The notes beneath the pieces were generated by a model. The model made no database searches. It had not been told where the DNA came from and saw only the letters and a list, made by a program, of their open reading frames with translations. This document shows positions 11,866 through 24,200 of a DNA stretch of 64,000 nucleotides, one piece after another. Origin of the DNA: Leucoraja erinacea (Eukaryota); NCBI RefSeq assembly GCF_028641065.1, contig NC_073387.1, positions 26,164,001-26,228,000 of the forward strand. Direction: 5' to 3'. Numbering within the stretch: position 1 is the stretch's first letter; each line of letters starts with the position of its first letter. The translations under genes and the position numbers were made by a program.

Positions 11866-12659
11866 TTTGGTTCTGAAATGTGTTGCTGGTGCAATGTGGT
11901 TCAAGAAATTGATGGTTGATGGGAAGATGTTGTCTTGAACCTGGGGAGAACAATTGTCGGCTGCTGAGTGTCTTTAAAGAGGCACCAGTGAGAGTTGCAA
12001 TTTGCATTTTATTTTGTCTGGATGCCTTATTTCTCTATTTGCTTACTTACAAACCCCACAAGTGTAATTCAGACCAGTATTTGATCTTCAGGCTGTGTAG
12101 AAAGAGTCATAATTATTCTATCTAGCTGCAATGCAAAGTGAGAAATATACCTTTCTTTTGTTTACTTGTTTCTACTCATTGGTTACTTTTGTTTTTACAT
12201 GAGGTGTGTGTTTTTTTAACTTGTAGGTTTTTAACTTGGGATGGGTTTTTTAATTGAAGCAAGCTTTTTACTTATGGTTTGTTTTACTCTGTTTTTGTAA
12301 CTGTTTAGTCGGGGGTGGGGGGGGGGGCTAGTTGTTTACTGGAGCAGGTTGTTTACATGAGGGTTTGACCACTCGTGCTGTACTTCTCATCACTCCCCAC
12401 CTAGTGCTGTGACATCCAATGCTTCCAGTGACATCCAGTGCAGCAATCCAACAAATTGCCCCTTCCACTTCCACAAACGGGTGATCACTCTGGATAGAAG
12501 GATGGGCCTGAGCTTGTTTGTACTAGCACTTCCTGTAGGTCAATTCAATGGTGGGTTGGACAGTATTTGTCATGGATCGGTCAGTGCGTAAGTGAAGGCA
12601 ACAATTAGCTCTTTTGTCTTACAAAGGCAGAGAGTGAGATCATTGTTCTGATACCACTC

Positions 12660-13378
12660 GGGAAACAAAGAGTAGGGATTAACGGGTCCCTTTCAGAATG
12701 GCAGGCAGTGACTAATGGGGTACCGCAAGGCTCGGTGCAGGGACCGCAACTATTTACAATATACATCAATGATTTCGATGAAGGGATTCAAAGTAACATT
12801 AGCAAATTTGCAGATGACACAAAGCTGGGTGGCAGTGAGAACTGTGAGGAGGATGCTATGAGAATGCAGGGTGATGGGCAGGTTGGGGAAGCGGGCAGAT
12901 GCATGGCAGATGAAATCTAATGTGGATAAATGTGAGGTTATCCACTTTGGTAGCAAAAACAGGAAGGCAGATTTCTATCTAAGTGGCGTCAAGTTAGGAA
13001 AAGGGGAAGTACATCAGTCTATGAAAGTAAGCATGCAGGTACAGCAGGCAGTGAAGAAAGCGAATGGCATGTTGGCCTCTATAACAAGAGGATTTGAATA
13101 TAGGAGCAAAGAGGTCCTTCTGCAGTTGTACAAAGCCCTAGTGAGACCACACCTGGAGCATTGTGTGCAATTTTGGTCCCCTAATTTGAGGAAGGACATT
13201 CTTGCTATTGAGGGAGTGCAGCGTATGTTTACAATTCCCTGGATGACGGGACTGTCATATGCTGAGAGAATGGAGCAGCTGGGCTTGTACACTCTGGAGT
13301 TTAGATGGATGAGAAGGGATCTCATTGAAACATTTAAGATTGTTAAGGGCTTGGCACACTAGAGACAGGAAACATGTT
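12660..13378 (+). mobile_element. CR1-type LINE ORF2 RT fragment (outer element of a nest; resumes at 18390-18705)
   Basis: [39 protein letters not shown]. Breaks at aggaaacatgtt and continues with ggagtccagaaccagggg at ~18395. Confidence 0.95.
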
Positions 13379-14159
13379 AGATAGAAAATAGGTGCAGGAG
13401 GAGGCCATTCAGCCCTTCGAGCCAGCACCGCCATTCACTGTGATCATGGCTGATTGTCCCCTATCAATAACCCGTGCTTGCCTTCACCCCATATCCCTTG
13501 ACTTCACTAGCCCCGAGAGCTCTATCTAACTCTCTCTTAAATCCATCCAGTGATTTGGCCTCCACTGCCCTCTTTGGCAGGGAATTCCATAAATTCACAA
13601 CTCTGGGTGAAAATATTTTTTCTCATCTCAGTCTTAAATGACCTCCCCTTTATTCTAAGACTGCAGCCCCTGGTTCTGGACTCGCCCAACATTGGGAACA
13701 TTTTACCTGCACCTAGCTTGTCCAGTCCTTTTATAATTGTATATGTTTCTATAAGATACCCCCTCATCCTTCTAAACTCCAGTGAATACAAGCCTAGTCT
13801 TTTCAATCTTTCCTCATATGACAGTCCTGCCATCCCAGGGACCAATCTCGTGAACCTACGCTGCACTGCCTCAATCATAAGGATGTCCTTCCTCAAATTA
13901 GGAGACCAAAACTGTACACAATACTCCAGATGTGGTCTCATCAGAGGCCTATACAACCGCAGAAGAAACTCTTTACTCCTATACTGAAATCCTCTTGTTA
14001 TGAAGGCCAACATTCCATTAGCTTTCTTTACTGCCTGCTTTACCTGCACGCCAACTTTCAGTGACCGGTGTTCAAGGATGCCCAGGTCTCGCTGTGCCTC
14101 CCCCTTACCTAACTTAACCCCATTGAGATAATAATCTGCTCCCTTGTTTTTGCCGCCAG

Positions 14160-14532
14160 GTTTAAGGGGGTTTAAGGGTTTGGACAGGCTAGATGCAGGA
14201 AGATTGTTCCCAATGTTGGGGAAGTCCAGAACAAGGGGTCATAGTTTAAGGATAAGGGGGAAATCTTTTAGGACCGAGAGGAGAAAAACATTTTTCACAC
14301 AGAGAGTGATGAATCTCTGGAATTCTCTGCACAGAATGTAGTTGCGGCTAGTTCATTGGCTATATTTAAGAGGGAGTTAGATGTGGCCCATGTGGCTAAA
14401 GGGATCAGGGGGGTATGGAGAGAAGGCAGGTACAGGATACTGAGTTGGAAGATCAGCCATGATCATACTGAATAGCGGTGCAGGCTCGAAGGGCCGAATG
14501 GCCTTCTCCTGCACCTATTTTCTATGTTTCTA
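14160..14532 (+). mobile_element. 5'-truncated CR1 LINE nested in the minus-strand CR1
   Basis: KGLDRLDAGRLFPMLGKSRTRGHSLRI followed by 3'UTR and ttctatgtttctat tail. Confidence 0.9.
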
Positions 14533-15361
14533 TAACCTCACATTTATCTATATTATACTGCACCTGTCCACTCACTCAACCTGTCCAGGTCACCCTGCTA
14601 CCTCCTAACATTATCTTCACAGCTCACACTGCCACCCAGCTTTGTGTCATCCGCAAACCTGCTAGTGTTGCTCCTAATTCCCTCTTCCAAATCATTAATA
14701 TATATGGTAAACAGTTGCGGCCCCAACACCGAGCCTTGCGGTACTCCACTCGCCCCTGCCTGCCATTCTGAAAAGGACCCGTTCACTCCTACTCTTTGCT
14801 TCCGGTTTGTCAACCAATTTTCTATCCATGTCAACACCCTACCCCCAATACCATGTGCTCTAATTTTGGTCACCAGCCTCCCGTGCGGAACCTTATCAAA
14901 GGCTTTCTGAAAGTCTAGATACACTACATCCACTGGCACCCCTTCATCCATTTTACTTTTCACATCCTCAAAAGATTCCAGAAAATTAGTCAAGCATGAT
15001 TTCCCTTTCATAAATCCATGTTGACTTGGACTAATCCTTTTATTGCTATCCAAATGCCCCATTATTACTTCTTTAATAATTGACTTCAGCATCTTTCCCA
15101 CCACCGGTCGGGCTAACTGGTCTGTAATTCCCTGTTTTCTCTCTTGCTCCTTTCTTGAAAAGTGGGATAACATTAGCTATCCTTCAATCCACAGGAACTG
15201 ATCCTGAATATGTTGAACATTGGAAAATGATCACCAATGCGTCCACTATATCTAGAGCCACCTCCCTGAGGACCCTGGGATGCAGACCATCAGGACCCCC
15301 TTAGATCCTCTGTCCTCCAGTACATCTGGGAGATTGTTTGTGTCATCCTTAGTGAAGGAAG

Positions 15362-16446
15362 TGGGGGTTTTGTATTGATGTGGATAGAGAACTGGCTGGC
15401 AGACAGGAAGCAAAGAGTAGGAGTAAACAGGTCCTTTTCAGAATGGCAGGCAGTGACTAGTGGGGTACCGCAAGGCTCAGTGCTGGGACCCCTGCTATTT
15501 ACAATATATGTTAATGATCTGGATGAGGGAATTGAATGCAACATCTCCAAGTTTGCGGATGACACTAAGCTGGGGGGCAGTGTTAGCTGTGAGGAGGATG
15601 CTAGGAGGCTGCAAGGTGACTTGGATAGGTTGGGTGAGTGGGCAAATGCTTGGCAGATGCAGTATAATGTGGATAAATGTGAGGTTATCCACTTTGGTGG
15701 CAAAAACAGGAAAGTAGACTATTATCTAAATGGTGGCCGATTAGGAAAAGGGGAGATGCAACAAGAACTGGATGTCATGGTACACCAGTCATTGAAAGTA
15801 GGAATGCAGGTGCAGCAGGCAGTGAAGAAAGCAAATGGTATGTTAGCATTCATAGCAAAAGGATTTGAGTATAAGATCAGGGAGGTTCTACTGCAGTTGT
15901 ACAGGGGCTTGGTGAGACCACACCTAGAGTATTGCGTACAGTTTTGGTCTCCTAATCTGAGGAAAGACATTCTTGCCATAGAGGGAGTACAGAGAAGGTT
16001 CACCAGCCTGATTCCTGGGATGGCAGGACTTTCATATGAAGAAAGACTGGATAGACTCGGCTTGTACACGCTAGAATTCAGAAGATTGAGGGGGGATCGT
16101 ATAGAAACTTACAAAATTCTTAAGGGGTTGGACAGGCTAGATGCAGGAAGATTATTCCCGATGTTGGGGAAGTCCAGATCTAGGGGTCACAGTTTAAGGA
16201 TAAGAGGCAAGTCTTTTAGGACCGAGATGAGAAAATCATTTTTTATACAGTGGTGAATCTGTGGAATTCTCTGCCAGAGAAGGTAGTTGAGGCCAGTTCA
16301 TTGGCTATATTTAAGAGGGTGTTAGATGTGGCCCTTGGGGGTATGGAGAGAAGGCAGGTACAGGATACTGAGTTGAATGATCAGCCATGATCATATTTAA
16401 TGGTGGTGCAGGCTCAAAGGGCTGACTGGCCTACTCCTATGTTTCT
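15362..16446 (+). mobile_element. 5'-truncated CR1 LINE (RT C-terminal 293 aa open) nested in the minus-strand CR1
   Basis: ORF 15375-16256 with [13 protein letters not shown] and FADDTK; 3'UTR follows. Confidence 0.95.
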
Positions 16447-18389
16447 AAGACGTATCCAAAGTACCTATTCAACTCTTCTGCCATTTCCTTGTTGCCCATA
16501 ATAATTTCACCCATGTCTGCCTTCAAGGGACCCTCATTTGACTTTGCTACTCTTTTTCCCTTAACATATCTAAATAAGTTTTTACTGTCCTTTATATTCC
16601 TGGCCAGTTTCCCCTCATACTTCCAGCTGGAATTGCCCGTTTTGTTTCTTTCTGTTGTCCTATGAAAGTTTCCCAATCCTCTGGCTTCTGGCTACTCTTT
16701 GCTGCATTATACATCTTTTCTTTTAGTTTTATTCCATCCATAACTTCTCTTGTCAGCAACGGTTGCCTCCTACCCTTAGAATCTTTCTTCCTTTTTGGGA
16801 TGAAATGATCCTGCATGTCCCAGATTATGCCCAGAAATTCCTGACATTACTGTTCAACCGTCATTCCTGCTAGGATCCCTTTCCAGTCTACTTTGGCCAG
16901 CTCCCCTCTCATGCCTTCACAGTCCCCTTTGTTCATCTGCATCACTGCCACTTCCGATTTAACGTTCTCCTTCTCAAATTGCGAATTAAAACTAATCATA
17001 TTATGATCACTACCTCCAAGTTCCTTGGTTACTTTACCTCGAGTTCTCTTATCATATCTGGTTCATTGGACAACAGTAAATCCAGAATTGCCTATTCTCT
17101 GGTCAGCTCCATTCCAAGCTGCTCTAAGAATATCTCGGAGGCATTCTACAAACTCTCTTGGGGTCCTGAACCAACCTGATTTTCCCAGTCTACTTGCATA
17201 TTGAAATCCCCCATCACCACAGTGGCATTACCTTTGTTACATGCCAGTTTTAACTCCTGCTGCAACTTACACCCTACATCCGGACTACTATTTGGGGGCC
17301 TGTAAATAACACCAATTAGTGTCTTCTTGCCTGTACAATTCATCAATTCAATCCACAGTGACTCTACCTCATCAGTCCCTATGTCTTCCCTCGCAAGGGA
17401 CTGAATTCCATCCAACACCAGCAGAGCTACCCCCCCTCCTCTGCCCACCTGCCTGTCCTTTCTATAGGATGTAAGACCCTGAATATTAAGTTCCCAGGCC
17501 CGATCCTCCTGCAGCCATGTCTCAGTAATCCCCACAATGTCATATTTACCAACCTCTAACTGAGATCATCTACTTTACTTCTAATACTTTGCGCATTCAT
17601 ATACAATACTTTTAATTCCTTACGCATCTCACCTTTCGCATCGATACCTATTACACTTGGCCATACTCTCCTATCCCTTTCTGAGCTTCCTTTCTTGTTA
17701 ATTCTGCGGTCATTAACCATCCTTTTCCCTTTAACTCCATCCTCGACTATCCCATTTGACACCCCACCCCCCCTTATTCAGTTTAAAACCACCTGTGTAG
17801 CAGTGGCAAACCTGCCTGCCAGAATGCTGGTCCCCTACCTGTTAAGATGCAATCCGTCCCTTTTGTACAGTTCCCCCTCCCTCCAAAACGGATCCCAGTG
17901 ATCTAAGAATCAAAATCCCTGCCCCCTGCACCAGTTCCTCAGCCACACATTCATGTCCCGTATCACCCTGTTCCTGCTCTCGCCAGCACGAGGAACTGGA
18001 AGTAAACCGGAGATAAAAACCCTGGAGGTCCTGCTTTCAGCATTTTTCCGAGCTGTCTAAAGTCACGCTGCAGAATATTCATCCCCTTCTTTCTGACATT
18101 GTTTGTGCCGACATGCACTACCACTTCCAGCAGTTCATCTTCACCCTTGAGGATTTTCTGCACTCTGTTCGTGACATCCTGGATCCTGGCAACAGGAAGG
18201 CAGCACATCATCCTCGAATCCCATCTGTTGCCACAGAAACCCCTGTCCGTACCTCTCACAATGGAGTCTCCAACTACAACGGCGTTGCCTGACGTTGGCC
18301 TCTTTGGTTTTGGCTCAACAGCCCTTTTTGCTTCGCAAGCCAGTCCGCCGCTCAGTGTGATGACGTCTTCTGTCCCGACAGCTTCTAAG

Positions 18390-18705
18390 TTGGTGGAGTC
18401 CAGAACCAGGGGCTAAAGTTTAAGAATAAGGAGTAAGCCATTTAGAACGGAGATGAGGAAACACTTTTTCTCACAGAGAGTGGTGAGTCCGTGGAATTCT
18501 CTGCCTCAGAGGGCAGTGGACACAGGCTCTCTGGATACTTTCAAGGGAGAGCTAGATAGGGCTCTTAAAAATAGCAGAGTCAGGGGATATGGGGAGAAGG
18601 CAGGAACCGGGGTACTGATTGGGGATGATCAGCCATGATCACATTGAATGGCGGTGCTGGCTCGAAGGGCCGAATGGCCTACTCCTGCACCTATTGTCTA
18701 TTGTC
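18390..18705 (+). mobile_element. CR1 3' end of the outer element
   Basis: MRKHFFSQRVV...; tail ctattgtctattgtc, after which the host module resumes (aattgtattgtagg, compare 10224). Confidence 0.9.
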
Positions 18706-19194
18706 AATTGTATTGTAGGTCATACCATGGATCTGAATGGAAATCCCACAGCACTGCCTGGAACCCCACGAGGTGCTCCTTAGGGAGATAATCCGAGATC
18801 TATCTGAAGGATGAAATCAGTGCAACCGGAGCTCAGAAGTCATCGACTCACTGAAGGCCAGTGGGCTTAACCTGGCCAGGTTGTGGACGTGATCCTGCAC
18901 GCGATCCTGCACGTGATCAGTCCACGGAGAGAATTTGTCCCTTGTCCGAGAAGATGAAGTACATCTACAACCTTCCTTCGTCCAGTACAACTAAAGGTCT
19001 GGTAAGAGCTGCTGAATATTTTACTCCCTTAGTCTGCTGTTTGCATTTATTGGGTCTGGATGTTCTATTTCTTTATTTGTAATGCTTAATTAAGAAACGT
19101 GCAAGTGTAGTTCAGATGAAGAATTGATGTTCAGACTTGGTATCATGTGTCATAATTTATTAGTAAATCATAGTGACAACTTAAAGTGCAGTAA

Positions 19195-20925
19195 CAGAAA
19201 TATTCAAGTTTATCTTCTACTGAGCACCACATCCCTCCTCCAACATATGGATGCTGGTGTGATTAGCATGTTTAATTTTATTATCTCAATAAAAATCATT
19301 ACATACTATATAATACACATATATTGCCATATCTGAGTTACTGTGTGGAGATATGGGGTAACACCTACAAAACCAACCTACAGCCATTATGCACATTACA
19401 AAAAAGAGCAATAAGAATTATCAATAACGTTGGAGATATTGAACATACCAATTTATTATTCTTAAAGTCACATACACTGAAGTTCACTGATCTGGTTAAA
19501 TTTAAGACTCCACAAATCATGTACAAAGCAAGAAATAATTTACTTCCAGGAAATATACAAAAACTGTTCATGGAAAGACAGGGTGGGTATAATTTGAGAG
19601 GGGAACATAATTAAAAAAAACTAAATGTCAGAACAACTTAAAGGTATGTGCATAGCAATCTGTAGGGTGAATTTGTGGAATCGTCTGGAACAGGAGATAA
19701 AACTTAGCACAAAAATGATTCAGTTTAAAAAGATGTACTAAAACACTTTTTTAAAAGGATATTGGGATGAGGATAGGTGATTGTGAGTGGGATATTTGTT
19801 ATACTGATTGTATTGGGAAGGGTGATTATAGGTTGGTGGGTTGTATATATGACTAAGATACTGTATAGTATAAGGATTTTTTCTTTCTTTTTCTTTTTTT
19901 CTCTCTTTTTTTGTAATGGCTATGTAAATATTTGGTTAGTCTATAAAATGTAAATAATTTGGTGTACATATTAACTGCTGGTGTACATATGATGTACATA
20001 TAGCTGCTAAATTTGTATAAGATAATTATAAGCAGTTGAATAAGGGGTGTGAATTAATAAGCTTTAGCTTCTTCCTGCTCCTTTTCGGCCACATACAAAT
20101 TCATTTATTTATAGATATTATTTATGACACTATAAATATCCTTGTTTTGTTTTTTGTATGCAGTTTCACACTTGCTTTTTATTCTTTTATTCTGTTATAA
20201 ATAATTTAAAAAATAAAAATAAAAATGAAATATTTGATGCTGTCATGAAGGCTGGTGGTGATGGTAAAATGACTGTTAAAGATTTCTGGAAATTACTAAT
20301 GGAAATTTATTAGTAATGGAATTGTGACAACGTAAAGTGCAGTAACAGAAATATTCAAGTTTATATTCTACTGAACACTACATCCGTCCAACTTATGGAT
20401 TCAGGTGTGATTAGCATGTTTAATTTTTATTATTTCAACAAAACATTTGATTCTGTCATGAAGGCTAGTGGTGATGATAAAATGACTTAAATATTTCTGG
20501 AAATCATTTAACATTAGAGACTTCATAACGCTTGCTCGCGTTGCATGGGACACAGTTGGTGTGTGAATGGTGTTTGATAAAAACTGTGCCTGCATCTAGT
20601 GCCTGACCTGAGAGGTTTTAGGGTTAGTAATAGTCTATGTAAAACCAGAGGAGAAGGTTGTTTGGCTTAGAAATTAGGTTGTGAAGAGGTGTTGGAAGAT
20701 ATGCAGGAGTTATTAGACTCATTAAAGAGAACTGTCGCCCTAAGATTTGCTTGACCTTAAAAGTGCGGGAACATGAAGCAGAGAATGTAGAGGAGGTTGA
20801 AGTTATTTGAAATCTAACAGCCAAGTGGTTGACAGATACATTCCGTTCAATTGAGAGTGCTTCGGCTATTTTGGTGAAGACGATCCAAATAATGAACATA
20901 ATGCAAAAGTCAGTAGAAATGTGCT
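19195..20925 (+). mobile_element. Tigger transposase remnant in duplicate copy B (locally duplicated, interrupted by a LINE)
   Basis: NIQVYLLLSTTSLLQHMDAGVISMF in ORF 19124-19336; second start at ~20345; colinear with 11285-11865. Confidence 0.8.
19290..20228 (+). mobile_element. L2/Crack/Daphne-type LINE 3' fragment
   Basis: PYLSYCVEIWGNTYKTNL..L..LQKRAIRII...HT..LF; AT-rich 3'UTR with (aaaaat)n tail; absent from copy A. Confidence 0.8.
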
Positions 20926-21299
20926 TTCGGTTCTGAAATCTGTTGCTGGTGCAATGTGGTTCAGGAAACTTGGTTGATGGGAAGATGTTGTTCTTGAACC
21001 TGGGAAGAACGATTGTCGGAGTGGTGAGTGTCTTTAAAGAGGCACCAGCGAGAGCTGCAATTAGCATTTTATTTTGTCTGGATGCCATTTTTCCATTTCC
21101 TTACATACGAACCCCGCAAGTGCAATTCAGACCAGTATTTAATCTTCAGGCTGGGTAGAAAGAGTCATAATTTATCTAGCTGCATTGCAAAGTGAGGTAT
21201 AGGCCTTTGATTGAATTGTTAAAGGGAGCGAGGTTGGCTGTCGAGGGGTGAGAAATGCTGACAATGCCATCCAATAGAGGACTTGGCGGCTGAGGACAG

Positions 21300-24200
21300 G
21301 CACACGGTGGGTACCGGAGAGTAGATAAAGAAGAGGAGCATGTGGCAATGGCAAGTACAACAAATGCTGAAAGTGACACCTGAAAACCAAGGAATCTCTG
21401 GTAATGAAGCCGATCCTAGTCAGAGGACAAACACCCCATCCAAGTCAACACTAGACAACAGGAGGAGGAAATGAATGAGCAGGAAATACATGGGTGGAAC
21501 AGCAGCATCAAAAACTACTACGGATTGTCCCTGAGAAAACCAAGACATCACAACTGACCACAGAAGTAGCTGGAGCTAACGATGATTGAGAACCGGTCTC
21601 CTCTTTGCAGTGTCATTGGATTCACCATCAGGGCAAAGCCAGGGGAAAAATGTCAAATAGCTTGACCAGCTCTGGAAGGACTCTGCTAGCAAGGCAGAAT
21701 CTCCAGGAATGATGCATCTTTGGCTGAAGACGAAGCCATCACCAATTTAACACTGAGCAAAAGAAAGAACCAGTGATGACGAGGAGGAAAGGATCCAGCC
21801 AGGACTAACCAGGAGATCATGAGCATCATAACTGACACTGCTTGTTGGTGGGAAACACAAGAGAAGAAGGAAACACAAGAGAAGTGAGCAACGTGTGGCG
21901 TCCAAGAGTGGACCTGGCAGGTGAAGATGGGCCCGCGGTGGCTTCCGGAGGTTGGATGAAGACGGGCCCTCAGTGGGTGCTGGAAGATGGAGAGAAGACT
22001 AAGAGGAGAAAGTGCCAATGGTAGTTACGACAAATGCAGAACGCAACACTTGAAAACCAAGGGATCTCTGGTAATGAAGCCTATCCTTGTCAGCGGACAG
22101 AACCCACACCCAAATAAACACTGGACAAAATGAGGAAGGAACATACAGGAGCATCATAACCCTACTATGAATTGTCTCTAGGAAAACCAAGGCATCACAA
22201 CTGACGTGAAGTAGCTGGAGCTAACGACGATTGAGAACTATGCAGGTATCTTTGCAGTGTCATTGGATACACCATCAGAGCAAAGCCAGAAGAAATATGT
22301 CAAATAGCCTGACCAGCTCTGGAAGGGCTCTGCTAGCAAGGCAGAGTCTCCAGGAATGATGCATCTTTGCCTGAAGATGGAGCCATCACCAATTCAACAC
22401 TGAATAACATAAAGCACCAATTCAAGAAGGAAAAGAACCAGCCAGGACCAAACAGGAGTTCATGAGCATCATATCTGACACTGCTTGTTGGTGGGGTAAC
22501 ACAAGCGAGGATGTTAAAGGGAGCAAGGTGTGCCGTCCAAGAGAGGATCGGCAGCTGAAGACGGGCCCGCGGTGGGTTCCGGAGGTTGGACGAAGACGGG
22601 TTTCGGTGGGTGCCAGAGGTCGGGGAGAAGACGAAGAGGAGCCTATCCTTGTCACAGAACCCATACTCGTCAACGTTGGATAAAATGAGGAAGGAACATA
22701 TAAGGGACGAACAGGAGCTTCAGAACCCGACTTCAGATTGTCACTGGGAAAACCAAGGCATCACAATTCACCAGAAGTAGCTGGAGCTAACGACGATTGA
22801 GAACCAAGCAGGTATCTTTGCAGTGTCATTGGATTCACCATCAGAAGATGGAGCCATCACTAATTCAACACTGAATAAAGGAAAGCACCAGTGATGACGA
22901 GAAGGAAAACACCCAGCCAGGACCAAACAGGAGTTCATGAGCATCATAACTGACACTGCTTGTTGGTGGGAAACACAAGCCAGGATGTTGAAGAGAGCAA
23001 GGTGTGCCATCCAAGGGAAGATTCAGCAGTTGAAGACGGGCCTGCGTTGGGTGCCGGAGAGAAGATGAAGTGGAACAAAAGGCAAAGAGTTACGCCAAAT
23101 GACCTACTTTCGTCACCTAAGCAAGACGGTTAAAGAGAGAGTTGGGCCCTCAAGGAGCGAGGAAGATGGACGGAGCTGGGCCCTCTTTGGACGAAGATGG
23201 GCCCTCGCTGGAGGTTGGAGAGAAGATGAAGAGGAGCATGTGCCAATGGTAGTTACGACAAATGCAGCACGTGACACCTGAAAGCCAAGGGATCTCTGGT
23301 AATGAAGTTTACCTTTGTCACAGTACAGAACCCACATTGGATAAAATGAGGAGGGAACATACATGGGAGGAACAAGAGCATCGGAACCCTACTACGGATT
23401 GTCATTAGGAAAGCCAAGACATTGCAATTCACCAGAAGTACCTGGAGATAATGACGATTGAGAACCGGTCTCCTCTTTGCAGCGTCATTGGATTCATCAT
23501 CAGGGCAAAGCCAGAAGAAAGATGTCAAATCGTCTGACCAGCTCTGGGAGGACTCTGCTAGCAAGGCAGATTGTCCAGAAATGATGCATCTTTTCCCTTA
23601 AGATGGAGCCATCGCCAATTCAACACTGAAAAAGTGAAAGCACCAGCGATGACAAGGAGGAAAAGATCAAGCCAGGACCAAACAGGAGATCATGAGCATC
23701 ATAACTGACACTGCTCGTATGTGGGAAAAACAAGCGAGGATGTTAAAGAGAGCAAGGTCTGCCGTCCAAGAGAAGATTCGGCAGCTGAAGACGGGCCCGT
23801 GGTGGGTTCCGGAGGATTGACGTAAACAGGCCCGAGGTCAGAGAAAAGACGAAGAGGAGCAAGTGCCAATGGTAGTTACGACAAATGCAGAACGCGACAC
23901 CTGAAAGTCAAGGGATCTCTGGTAATGAAGCCTATCCTTGCCACAGGGCAGAACCCACACCCAAATCAACACTGGACAAAATGAGAAAGGAACCTACAGG
24001 AGCATCAGAACCCTACTATGGATTGCCTCTGAAAAAAACCAAGGCGTCACAACTGACCAGAAGTAGCTGGAGCTAACGACAATTGAGAACGGTCTCTTTG
24101 CAGTGTCATTGGATTCACCATCAGAGCAAAGCCAGAAGAAAGATGTCAAATAGTCTGACCAGCTGTGGAAGGACACTGCTAGCAAGGCAGAATCTCCAAG

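Larger units (their letters stand above)
13379..18389 (-). mobile_element. Near-full-length decayed CR1 LINE (ORF1 esterase region, APE endonuclease, RT, 3'UTR), in three pieces
   Basis: Pieces 13379-14158, 14533-15361, 16446-18389. ORF1 SGNH-like CCLP.ARI.DV...VVHVGTNN; APE GITETWL, GGGVAL, YRPPNS, MGDFN; [18 protein letters not shown]. Confidence 0.95.
9535..21196. repeat. Tandem segmental duplication: copy A 9535-12140, copy B 12160-21196
   Basis: Both start tttacttgtttctactcattggttacttttg and end tagctgca(a/t)tgcaaagtgag, with colinear internal homology. Copy B is expanded by LINE insertions. Confidence 0.9.

Noticed and set aside
13014-16069. Antisense ORFs overlapping CR1 RT
   Set aside because: Shadow frames of LINE ORF2, repeated in every CR1 copy.
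22005-22060. miR-430/427-like cluster (AAGTGCC in most units)
   Set aside because: No complementary upstream arm to form a pre-miRNA hairpin, and the family seed is typically AAGUGCU.
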